From NCBI GenBank assembly GCA_951406725.2, contig OX597815.1, forward strand, positions 68,138,001-68,202,000: a stretch of DNA of 64,000 bases, in the 5' to 3' direction. Made by a program: the position numbers and the translations under genes. Shown here one piece after another: positions 35,720 through 47,450 of the stretch. Below the pieces are notes generated by a model. It was not told the DNA's origin. It saw nothing but the letters and a program-made list of their open reading frames with translations, and did no database searches. The first letter of the stretch is position 1, and each line of letters starts with the position of its first letter. Source of the DNA: Octopus vulgaris (taxonomy: Eukaryota).

Positions 35720-38700
35720 CCCAGTTCGCATAAACATGGTCTACCAGGCTTCCATAGTTGATGGTGGGTTTTTGGACTAGTTACTCGAATCCAAACTGCT
35801 TCATAGTTGTCAAAATCTCATGGTTAGGGGTATCAAGGAGATCCACGTTGAAATCACCAAGGACTATGGTCAGATGATTCCTTGGCAAAGATCTTATAAG
35901 ATAATGCAGGCTGGTGAGAAAAGGAGCAACTGGTACGAAAGATCTGTAAATGATGATGATATTGATTTTTGTTGACAAGATGGTTAGCCTAACAGCGATG
36001 TACTCTAAGCCTCTGACATTCAATGTATATCCGTGGGGGCGATCTCCTGCTTGGCAAGTCATCACCCCACCTCCACACCCCAGTGCAGCAGGCCTGTCTG
36101 CTCTAGTGATCGTCGACTGCGGTAGGATGGATGATACTTGTTGATTCTGCTTCAAGAACGTTTCCATGAAACAAAACATATCAATATTTTGAAGAGTGTT
36201 GTCCGCTTTGGTGTCTTGTTCATGTTCAAAGTAGGACCTGATATTGAGCAGCCTGATCTGCAGTCTTCCATGTGTAACTGTGGGAGCAGCGGAAGGCAAA
36301 GTTTCTGACGTTTACTGTTGAAGCCTGTCCATTTCATGAACAACAGCTGGACCAGTGTGAATTGCACTGGCATCAGATCCAAGCAAGAAGAGGCCACTCA
36401 AGTGTCGGATGTGACTCAAAGCAACATATGTCTGGCCAGGCATGAAGGAACCTTTTCCTTGCATGGCAACAACAACCTTATCCATGGTCTTGCTCTGGAC
36501 TTTATGTATGATGCAACCCCAGGCCAGTGAGAGAAGAAATTGTGAAAGCTTTGCCTCTACAGATCGTCTACTCCTCCCAGTATAGAACTGAATATCAAGT
36601 CGTTTGAAGAGAACTGCTCCCAGGAACAACCTCTTGTACTGGCTGTCAGCGATGGCCTGCTTACCTATCCGTTCACTGTCAAATTCGACTAGGATTGTAT
36701 GGACGTCACTACTGGTGTTGTCGATCCCAAAACTGTGCCACTGATGCCATTTGCCAGACCGTCAGAGACATCTATGTTGACAATTATCATCACTCTAGTG
36801 CTAACTGCTACAGACACTACCTGTCTGAGGCCGCCAATGTCTGACGCCTTAGTGCAAATGGCAACATCAATGAGGCCAGTCTGGATGTCTTTCTTTTTGG
36901 CGATAGCTTTGATGTCATAAATCGGGTCAAGCAGCTTGAGGTGTTCTGTGTTGTGTTCATCAACCTCTTTGTTTGTATTAAACACGTGAATTGTCTTTGG
37001 TGATGACTCTGGTCTTAAGCAAGGTTATATCGTCTTCCATGCAGATAGCTGTCCTGACCCTCATCAACAATTGGGCAAAACTTTGATCGTCCTTTTGTTG
37101 CATGCTCTCTGTGAGTTCCATCACTTTGAAGTTTTCCTCCCACAGAGATCCAAGCAAGCGGGTGTAGTTGTCTCTCAGGAGGCCAAAGACGTGATTCTGG
37201 CCTACAGGTTGCAGTTGGTAGAGATCCCCAACGGCCATCACACTGACTCCTCCAAATTAGGAATCTGGGTCAGAGTTCCTACAGATGTCTTGAAGCCGGT
37301 GATGGATGTAGTCTATGGCTCCAGCCATAGACACCTCATCTATAATCAGGAGCTTCAGCTTGCTCAACCTTGAGCAGAGCATATGTAGCTTCTCACAGCC
37401 TGTCGATTGGTACTGGGTACTAGTCTTGTGTCCACAGTTAAATCCAAGAGCTGAATGCAGTATCATCCCCTCAATTCCAAATGCTGCTGTCTCTGTGAAA
37501 GCAATCAACAGAATGGGAAGTTCATCAGGATTGAAATGTCCAGAGAGTGGTTTTAGCAGCTTCATAGTTTCATAGTGAACCAGCTTGATTATGTGGCTCT
37601 TTCCAACTCCTCCTGGCCCACTGAGAAAAACTTTGCATCATGGCTCTGTACTGCTTAAGATTTATTGGACCTTACTAAGCTCTGCAGTGAAATGAACATG
37701 AAGTTCTGAGCGATTACCTGATAGCTCAGGAGGTAGATCGACATTTCTTAATTGATCTTCCTGTGGGAGCTCCCTTTCCTGTACAACACCTTCATCTTCT
37801 GCATGTTGGAACTCCACATTTGGGGCCACAGCATCCCAGCCATCCTTAGGAGGTCCCATCCTTAGGAGGTCCCATCCTTTTCAAATCATCATAGGCTCTG
37901 TCCAGTTCATCAGTGTTAACACTGAACATGGCTTCATTAGAATGGATAGTAGCTTCGACGCTTTTGTAGTGTTCTTGGTAGGATGGATAGTCAGCTTTCA
38001 AATCAATCTCTTCATCTCACCATGGATAGTAAAGCATCAACAGGTTCCTGTATCTGCCTTCTTCCTTCTTTTCTTTGTGGAACCTTATGATGCAGTGGCA
38101 CTTTCGTTTTTTCATGCATCTCAAGCTGTTTTTTAGAGTGATAATTTTCTGGAGTTTGTCTGCAATTTCTTCAGTATCTGAGTTATTGTCACCACCTTTG
38201 ATCTCATCACTTTCATCTAAATCATCAGAGATGTGGTCAGCTGCGTCATCAGGAACATCTTTTCCTCCAGTTGTGTAAGTGACTGCAAATTCTGCAAAGC
38301 ACATATCTTCAAGGACATCAGGTCGCATGGCATAGCAGTCAAGAGGTGAAGTACAAAAGATATCTTCATCATCTTTGTCCATACCTTGGAGGATCTTCTG
38401 CAGCTTAACCCTTTAGTGTTTAAACCGGCCCAAAATATTCTACATGTTTTATATTTGAACTGGCCATATCTAGCCTCTCACACCTAACCTACATTGACAT
38501 TCTAAAAATAACCAATCACATCATTGAAACCTCAAAGCTATAAGATAATGCATGATTAATTCAAAACAATTTATGTGAAAAAGTATTACATTTAACAGAA
38601 TAATCTGAACACTAAAGGGTTAAGCATGTACACACGTTTGTCTTCTGGTGTAGTGTTGAAAAACACTTTTCGACTGTCCCTCTTCAGTGGCAGGTAGAGG

Positions 38701-39365
38701 ATCCTGTAGGCAGCCTCCTGAGCACTAACTTCCCTGTTGTTTAGAAAACCTGATCCTACTTTTCTCAGTTTTGATTTCAAGTCTTCACCTCTGCTTTCTT
38801 CAGCTACTTTTTTTCAGCAGTTCACTCATAGCCCTCTCACTTTTCATTATGTAACTGGTGATGTACATGATGCACAAGTATGGGTCCATGATGAACTGCA
38901 GGTCCTTGTTAGCATGCCAGATTTTGAGGATCTTTGTATTATACTGGTTGATCTACATTTCTGAAGGTTGACGCTTCAACACCACCTGTTTCCTCGATTT
39001 CACTAGTTTCACCACACCATGGTATTCCTGCAGGAACAATCACAGTTTCAGAAGAGGGGTAATGAGGGAAATAGAATCTGCATGATCCACCTCTTCGTCA
39101 TGCTTCTGAAGAGAGAGAACGAGCTGCCTCAAATTGCTCTCTTCTTCCCCTGGAATGACGCACGTCTAGTGCTGGTCAATGAATGTAGCGATTTCTTCAT
39201 CAGTGTCCACATCAAGTTTCAGCGCATCTTTTATCCATAAAATGGTGAGTGTGTGTGTGGAGAACCTACCTAAAACATGATGCGTATCATGTAGTCTACA
39301 AGTACGCCAATGGGATGTGCCCTTCCACTGATGAACTCTTTGAAGAATATGTCCAACCTGTCTAA
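35720..39365 (-). pseudogene. Helentron Rep-helicase-endonuclease pseudogene
   Basis: In order on minus: HUH GSPHTH..WIKDA; DLQFIMDPY.C.MYITSYIMK; REVSAQEA; Walker A GPGGVGKS; LIIDEVSM; GDLYQLQPV; NIDVSDGLANG; IHKVQ; GQTYVALS; then APE motifs NIRS, ETFL, GGGV, IYRS, GDFNVD, DHVY. Many stops and frameshifts. Confidence 0.9.
38409..38619. mobile_element. piggyBac-type MITE, 211 bp
   Basis: Perfect 12 bp TIR CCCTTTAGTGTT/AACACTAAAGGG with TTAA TSD (38405-38408, 38620-38623). Confidence 0.9.
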
Positions 39366-39699
39366 ACTATGATCACCACAATCAGTTTCTTTACACTGTT
39401 GAAAATCCCTTATCCAATACTCGTGTGACCGAGATTGTTGCAGATTTTTGATTTTTCTAATTTCGGAGTTCTTTTTTTAAAAAAAAAATTGCATCTACAA
39501 AACGGAACAGTTTGAGTATAGAAACCAGGTCTAAACACAATAGTTTATAGACATACTATGAATGTAGTTGTATATAAATCTTTAATAATTTTTTTTGTAC
39601 TTAAGACCATCAGAAATGTTAAGATATCAGCTTCTACCCACGATGTCATGCTTTGATTAATAGGTTACAGCATAGATTAGATTACTTAGATAAGTTTTG

Positions 39700-40130
39700 G
39701 CTGAAGTTGACTCAGGCTATGTCTAATTTAATAGCACCACCTGGAAGAGATACACAGTCAGCTGTTGGGAACCGTGGCCCATTCAAGCAGAGGGTTATTG
39801 TTTTTAGAGACATATCTGGGTGTGGGTGGTTTATCTGGTATTTGTTGGGGGTAATCATCTAGGGATTGTTTGAATGCCATGAAGCCACTTTCCTCCTTTA
39901 TGTGTGTCTGGCATGATGTTGAAAAGAGCGGGGCCAATTGAGGTGAAATAGTTCTGTCATAGTGTTGTGATACGACATGACCAATTCAAGCCTCAAACGA
40001 ATTTTAAAGACGGGCAATGTTGATGGAATATTTTCCACATCATACAGAAGATATAGAGCTCACAGCAGCAGTGGAAGGAGCAAAGCCTGAGCTTTTTGAG
40101 TTGATCCCAATAGTCTAGTCTTGTCATGTC
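39700..40130 (-). mobile_element. CR1-like LINE 3' fragment
   Basis: LDYWDQLKKLRLCS...MMWKI; FTSIGPALFNIMP; FKQSLD..QIPDKP...NPLLEW. Confidence 0.6.
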
Positions 40131-40134
40131 ATCC

Positions 40135-40527
40135 TCCACAGACTTGCGCCAAGCAGCTCATTTTAAGATGGATACGCAAGTGAAATTACTAATAGAGAAA
40201 CGAAAATAAACTTTGGAATCAGCAACACCACCATAGGTTACATGGAAATGTTGAATGTGTTTTCAAGGGAGATAATCAGAGAACGTAACATTGTAATACT
40301 TCATGTAAAGTAGATATAACAAATGAAAAATCCTTCAAGAATCCATAAAAATTCCTGGATCACTACCAAAATTTCATCATCTGTTCCTTGTTTCATTACC
40401 AACCTTTGCTGCAAGTTTCATCAAACGCTGCTCACAACTTTTTGAGTTATTTTGCACAGACAGACAGACAGACAGACGGACAAATCAACACTGATGAAAA
40501 CATAATCTCCTTCTTTGGCAGAGGTAA
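40135..40527 (-). mobile_element. Helentron terminus / HINE (DINE-1-like)
   Basis: Minus strand starts TTACCTCTGCCAAAGAAGGAGATTATGTTTTC followed by a (GTCT)n microsatellite; degenerate partner subTIR near 40142-40153. Confidence 0.6.
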
Positions 40528-41039
40528 CAACCTAATATATTTAAATTAACAAAGCTATAGCTATGAGAGATTTAGAAAAGATTACACTATTTTGAAAGAA
40601 ATTTTTTTATATTAATTTTTTTAAAAAAATTATGAAGTTATTGTTGACTACATAGAACTAGAACTTAATTTTATAAACCATGAAGCATGGGTGTTAAATT
40701 CTTAGTTCCAATAGTAAAATGGGAGTGCATTTGTGCTTAGAAAAAGAATCTTAAAATCTACAAATTCATGCATATGTACTAAAACGACATTAATTAAAAC
40801 ATATAAACACCACTATTTAAAATGTTACAATGCATTAATTAGCCAGATAATTATACTGCTTTAAATGCCAAAACACCAGACTATAGTACAGTGCTTTACA
40901 TTTAATGACATTGCTCACTTAGCATTTTAATGAGAATTTGGTTCTGTCGTATTTTCTGTCTGGTGATGTGGCAGTACTTGGTTTGTAGCATGGCTACCTA
41001 CTGAATGGTGCCTTGGGCAAGTGTCTTCTACAATAAACT

Positions 41040-41686
41040 GGTGCACTCCATTGGTTATGATGACAGATCCAGTTGATCCATTCAGTGGAACAGCATGCTC
41101 ACGAAATTAGTGTGCAAGTGGCTGAGCACTCTACAGATATGTATACTCTTAGCATAGTTCTCAGGGAGATTCAGTGTAATGCAGAATGGGACAAGGCTGG
41201 CCCTTTGAAATACAGGTACTACTCAGTTTTGCCAGCTGAGTGGACTGGAGCGATGTGAAATAAAGTGTTTTGTTCAAGGACACAATGCACTGCCGGGAAT
41301 CAAACTCATGACCTTACAATTTTGAGCCATATACTATACAGTAAGCCATACACCTTCACCTCTTCAGCAATAGCTCCTGGCCAACTGAAGCCTCATGAAT
41401 GGATTTGGCAGATGGAAACTGAAAGAATCCTGCTATGTATGTGTGCCTCTTCATCTTGACATTGCATGTTAGCTGTAAATGAATATTGCCATTATGCATG
41501 TGGTGTCATTTGTTTCTAATCTTCTATGAAAACAAGTCTGGCCATGGCGAAATATTTCCATGCTTGGAAACGGGTGAGGGTTGGCAACAGGAAGGGCATG
41601 CAATTATAGAAAATCTGCCTCGACAAATACCTTCTGACCTATGCAAGCATGGAAAAGTGGATGTCAAAATGGTGATAATGATGAAG
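41040..41686. mobile_element. Nested SINEs (41040-41360 minus; 41365-41686 plus)
   Basis: The minus copy matches 53845-54135; the plus copy matches the RTE-tailed family. Confidence 0.65.
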
Positions 41687-42239
41687 TTTAGCATACAAGA
41701 AGTTATTAGCTAAATTTAATGTTGAGAAAATTGTTTACATCAATCAGTAAGTCGTAAAAGATAAAGTTTGCAAAGCATGAATCCTCAAAAACGGATATGT
41801 TTTGTTGATATTTATATATAATTTATAAAATTCCCAAATTATTAAATTTGGATATCAAAGTAATATTTAATTATAAATGAATTAACTCACCTGTGATGTG
41901 TAGTTTCAGCTTTTTTTTTTTTTGTCAATTAGCTCACATTTCATAACTTGCATTACAGAAGTATTTTCATTAATATATCTTTTGAGAATAAATTGCTGTT
42001 TGCATAATAGTTATTTTTAAAATGTTAGCTTACCTAAATGCTGAATAGTCCCTTTCGATTTTCATTTTCCTTCTATGCTTGGTCACTTGTGACATTCAAG
42101 ATTGTACTTTTGACATTTTGGTGCCCCATCAACTTTGTTCCCTCGTAACTTTCTGGAAAATGCGTACCTTTTAATCAAACTTTTGCAGATATATTTTCAT
42201 CATTGCAATGCATCTTCATTGTATATTTTTCTAAAAGTA

Positions 42240-42431
42240 TTTCTATAGAAGGTCCTTGACTCACTTATAGAAAATGACTTCCAGGTTGGATTCCAAAAGT
42301 GGCAGGAATGCTGGAACTGATGTATTGCTGTGCAAGGTGATTATTTTGATGGGGATGATGTTAAAATTCAAGTAAATTAGTTATTTTTTATTAAACATAA
42401 CTAGTCGGAGAACTTTCTGATACCACCTCAC
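42240..42431 (+). mobile_element. Mariner 3' fragment
   Basis: FQKWQECWN*CIAVQGDYFDGD C-terminal motif followed by TIR-like AGTCGGAGAACTTTCTGATACCACCTC. Confidence 0.65.
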
Positions 42432-43160
42432 ACTTCTCTTTAAAATGCATATTTTGAAATGACATTTTGCAGAATTACTTTAACAAGTGTGTGGATTACA
42501 TAATGTTAAGATTTCAAACATAGAAGATGCAGCAAAAACAAAAATCTAGTTTCACTACCATTCTTGATAAGATGTTTCAACAACAAAGGCATAGTGAAAA
42601 AAAAGAGTAGTAAAACATCAACTACATGAAACACTATTACTAGCTAACTTCACTAGAGGCAGGGTGCAGCAAAAAAACTTATGGAAGATTTTTCTACCAC
42701 ATCCTGTATAAATCTGAAAAAAAAGGGTAAAGTTACAGAAATAGGTACTAACAGAGGTGGGGATAGGAGAGAGAATGAACTGGAACTCTGCTAAAAAACA
42801 ATATTTTCTAAATTTTATCAGTATAATCACCTCAAAGACATATTTCTGAAGCATTTCATTAATAAATATGCATTTTTGAGAAAATTATGAGAATACGAAG
42901 TCCATGTTGGTGCTAATTATGCCATATAAGGTGCAACTGAATTTTTACAAAGGTAGCATGCACACACACACACTTTCCATTTGTTTCTATGTAAAAAAAT
43001 TATTCTATCCATGTTTTACCAACATGACAACATATTTTATTAGTATTACACATTGCAGAAGGAGGTTACTTTTGTGTTCTTTAATATATTGATTTAAAGT
43101 CTTTAATAAAAATAGTCAAATGAACCATAAATGGTACCAGTATTCATAATTCTTCACTTA

Positions 43161-45062
43161 CCGTATTTGACGGCATATTAGACGCACCCTCATTTCAGCA
43201 GGTCAAATTCAGGAAAAAAAGTTTTAAGTGTATTTAAGCATATATTGTTGAAAGCAGTCTAGCAGCACATTACAAAAGCAGAAAACATTGCTGTATAAAA
43301 GCAAGCATACAAATTACAATAGTAATCATCTTTAATCATCTTTTTAACCAGAAAACTCTTCATCATCTTCTACACCAGAAAAGTCTTCATCACTACTGCT
43401 GAAATCACTGTCTTCAAATAATGCATCATCTTCTGTGCCATCAAGGGCATTGCTAATGCCACACTTCTTAAAAGCCTTCACAATGATTTCAGGCCTAACA
43501 TCATCCCAAGATTTCTTCACCCACTCACACACTTCAGCAATGGTGGGCCGCTTCATTCTTCCTGTGGGTGTGAGGGCATGATGTGGCTCTGCCATCCACT
43601 TGTTCCAATGTTCACGCATGTTCTGCCTAAATGGCTTATTCACAGACACATCTAAAGGCTGCAATTGGCTCGTCAGTCCACCAGGAATGACAGCTAACGG
43701 CGTTTTCAATTCTCCCACCCCTTTTTTTAATGGCTTCAGTTCTATGTGCTCTAAACTGATCCCAAACCAGAAGAGAAGGTTTTCTTAATAGTCCACCAGG
43801 ACGCCTTGACCATATATTTTGTAACCACAGTTTCATTCCATTTTCGTCCATCCAGCCTTTTTCGTGAACATGAACTAGTACACCTCTTGGAATTTCATCC
43901 TTAGGCTGAGTTTTTCTCTTAAATATCAAAAGAGGTGGCAGTTTTATACCATCAGCACAACAGGCCAGAGCTACTGTATAGTGGGTCTTTTCGTGGCCAG
44001 TGGTTTTTATCGAAACCGTTTTAAACCCTTTGACACTCACAGTCCTGTTGGATGGTACATCAAATGTGAGTGGAACTTCGTCCATATTCCCTATTTGGCC
44101 CAGTTCAAAACAAGTTTTCTTTCTTGTATTTATAACAAATCTATGAAAATCTAATATTTTTTCTTCATAATCAGCAGGCATTTTTTGTGCAATGGATGTT
44201 TTTGTACGCATTGATAAACCTGTAACACCAACCTTCTGTTCCTGCAAAGTTCTGTATCCCTTGTTGTTCTGCTACTCTCATGGCCTCATGAATTATCATT
44301 TTGGTAGATACACTTTTCCCTGAGTTTCTCTCATCAAGCACCCACGTTTTTATATCATCCTCAAGTTCTGGCCAATGTGGGGCTGGGCAACGAAGGTTAT
44401 GTTTACCTTTCTGTGCTCTCATCAGCTGCTCTTCTTGCTGTCGCCAGACACGTATCATTTTTTCTGTAGGTGGTGGCCCAAAAACCCTTGCTGCTGCTCT
44501 ATTTCCATGCTCCTTGGCATAATCTATCACTCGTAGTTTGTAGGAGATTTTGTAGCTTGATCTTTTTGCTGCCATAGCCATGAGGGTGCTTGTACTGTTG
44601 TAGTGTGTTTTGTTATGATCATAAACTTTGTTGTACCAAGATATCCAACCTACCTCCGTATATACACAAACTGGCAATGATCATGTGCATTCCGTAGTTT
44701 TACTCCTCACCGTCAGATGGCATCGAGTTAGGGTTCCGATCAGCTGATATTAGTAAACGTGTGTCATAGATCGCAGCCTAACAATTTACGGTAGATTGCT
44801 TTGATTTTTATGATAATTCGTATTTTAAAGTAATAATACTGATAATAATAATAATACTAGCAATAAAATAATGATGCATGAGTACGGAAAATATCATTAA
44901 GGTGTTAGCATAGGTAGAAATACTTATCATAAGCTAGGTTAGTGAGCGTCTGGGAGAAGATTAGCCTATGGGAGGGTCTTGACTTCGCATATTAGATGCA
45001 GGGCGATTTTTTTGAGCCAAATTTTTTGGAAAAAAGTGCGACCTATATGCCGTCAAATACGG
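43161..45062 (-). mobile_element. Full-length pogo-superfamily transposon (DD35D), 1902 bp
   Basis: TIRs with 18 bp perfect CCGTATTTGACGGCATAT and TA TSD on both sides. Confidence 0.95.
43344..44581 (-). pseudogene. pogo transposase (Brinker-type DBD, CENP-B HTH, DDE_1) with two frameshifts
   Basis: KRSSYKISYKLRVIDYAKEHGNRAAAR; WPELED; GWCYRF; IGNMDEVP; KTTGHEK; GWMD; LVWDQFRAH; IPGGLTSQLQPLDVSVNKPF; acidic tail. Confidence 0.92.
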
Positions 45063-45289
45063 TAATTTGAATTTTTCCAACAGCAGTACCAAATAAGATA
45101 GAATAAACAACCGCAAACAGGATAGAGGTTTTTTTTGGTTATTTTCTGAGATGGGAACAAATGCTAAATGGCTGTAATAAAGGTGACATTATAACATCAC
45201 CTGTTTATATGGTCTGACTCCTGAAAAATGTCACGAAATGGATATTAATGTCATAAAGAAATTGTCTTGTGTGAGTTGAACTCAACTTC

Positions 45290-45620
45290 CATCATTTATG
45301 TCCACTTTTCCATGCTTGTATGAGTCAGATGGAATTTCTTGAGACAGATTTTCTATAGCCAGATCCCTTCCTATTGGCTAACCTCACCGGTTTCCCAGCA
45401 AGATAGCATTTCCCATGGCCAGACATATTTTCCACAGAAGTATGGAAACATTCAAAAATCATATGATGGTAATGCTTGTTTTTGTAATCATGTGATGTCA
45501 AGGCAAGAGTGTACCCACCCACTACAGTCTTTCAGTTTCTATCTACCAAGTCCACATACAAGGCTTTGGTCACCCTGGGGTTATAGTAGGAGACGCTTGC
45601 TTATGCGCTGTAACTGAATC
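45290..45620 (-). mobile_element. SINE (RTE-tailed family)
   Basis: Reverse complement of the 35015-35405 family; further copies near 46190-46510 (+), 51865-52200 (-) and 56290-56640 (-). Confidence 0.65.
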
Positions 45621-46560
45621 AAGAACTGGGAATCAACTATATAGCTATGCCTGTTTCTATTGTTAAACTATTATGTTAAATAATTTGTTTTAGTCTTAAG
45701 ATTTAAGCTGTTTTTTGTTCTTTTCTAAAACTTTCTCAGCATGCAAAATTTCCAGACAGATGTGAGACAAAGGCAACCCTGGCTATTGTATATAGCTTTT
45801 TCTTTGCAAGTTAACTAATGAAAAATTTCTAAGAGTTTGAAAGTAGGAAACTAAATCTAGTCCATTACCTAATTGTTTTGGATCTTTCTACTGGTATATT
45901 TTAAATATCAGGGGCTTATAAGATGATGATGAACTTGTAAAAATAATGTCACCAAAACCTCGTATAAAATTAAACTCCAAAACAAATTCTAATGAAATTT
46001 TGTTAGTATGGATAACAGTTCCTAAGTCGGAAAGAAATTTTGAATGATTGTATTGTCTTAAGCATAGCAAATACCAAGTTATTCAGTATCTTAAATTAGA
46101 TGTTTAATATGAACATCCTCCAAGAATATATATATATTTCTGCTTTGTTAGGTGTTAAGCATAGACTTTTTGCAGTGGATAGTGACTAATAGCAAGGTTC
46201 AGTCTTGCCTCATTGCACTTTGAGCAAGTGTCTTCTATATTCTCAGGCTGACCTAAGCCTTGTCAGTGGATTTAGAAGAAAATCAAAAGAATCTTATTGT
46301 ATGTGTGTGTGTGTGTGTGTTTGTGACTCCGTTTTCATATCATGTAATTGTTATAAATGAATGTAATTCATTCCCAGTATCCTGTCTAGCCATGGGAAAT
46401 ATTACCTTGCTTGGAAATAGGTAAGGGTTGGCAACATGAAGAGCATCCAGCTATAGAAAATCTACTTCTGTAAACTTTGATCCATGCGAGAATGGAAAAG
46501 TGGGTGTTAAATTGATAGCAATTCATGAAACAATACATTTGTTTTTAACAGTATATAAGA

Positions 46561-46745
46561 TTTGTTGAGTCTGGGGAGAGTCATTTTATTTTAGTGCCTT
46601 ATTATTTAACACTCACTGTTTCAATTTCCACTCATTTAGTTGTTTATTTTTTCTCAAATTTTCATTGCGTCTTGCAACCCTTTCAATAGTCATGTGTTAA
46701 ATAATAAGACACTAAAAGAGAATGACTCTCCCCAGACACAATAAA
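46561..46745. repeat. ~50 bp inverted repeat with ~83 bp spacer
   Basis: GTCTGGGGAGAGTCATT.T.TTTTAGTG.CTTATTATTTAACAC and its reverse complement at 46695-46745. Confidence 0.8.
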
Positions 46746-47055
46746 ATATACTTCAACACACAAATTCACATAAAGAATCTTGCGAACCAAATACAAAAAC
46801 GAAATAGATTTGTTGTTTCTCTGTAAACAAAATTGAATTATATAATTGAACATATGACAGTCATTAATTACTATGATATCTGAAAGATGGTAGACATAGC
46901 TGAGGTAATAGAACTAGACTAAATGATTCATAGTATTTATCTTTGTCTTCTTGAATTTTAATTCTTGACTTTCATCACTGTTATGTTGATAAAATAAGTG
47001 CCTGTTTTATGATGAAGATGATTCAGTCTGTTATACTAGTCTTCTACAAACATTG

Positions 47056-47450
47056 GCACAGGGGTAGCTGTGTGGTAAGTAGCTTGCTTACCAACCACAT
47101 GGTTCCGGGTTTAAGTCCCACTGCATGGCACCTTGGCCAAGTGTCTACTACTATAGCCTCAGGTCAACCAAAGCCTTGTGAGTGGATTTGGTAGATGGAA
47201 ACTGAAAGAAGCCCATCATATATATATACATATACAGACATGCATATATATGTGTGCCTGTGTTTCTTCCCCCACCATCGCTTGGCAACCAATACTGGTG
47301 TTTACGTCCTCATCACTAAGTGGTTTGGCAAAATAGACCAATAAAATAAGTACTAGGCTTACAAAGAATAAGTCCTGGGGTCGATTTGTTTTGACCAAAG
47401 GTGGTACTCCAGCATGGCTGCAGTCAAATGACTGAAACAAGTAAAAGAAA
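47056..47450 (+). mobile_element. Complete tRNA-derived SINE with internal TA/TG tract
   Basis: GGCACAGGGGTAGCTGTGTGGTAAG...GACTGAAACAAGTAAAAG; similar copies at 22030-23665 and 63040-63420. Confidence 0.75.

Noticed and set aside
37841-37878. 16 bp tandem duplication inside the Helentron
   Set aside because: Ordinary slippage in a dead element.
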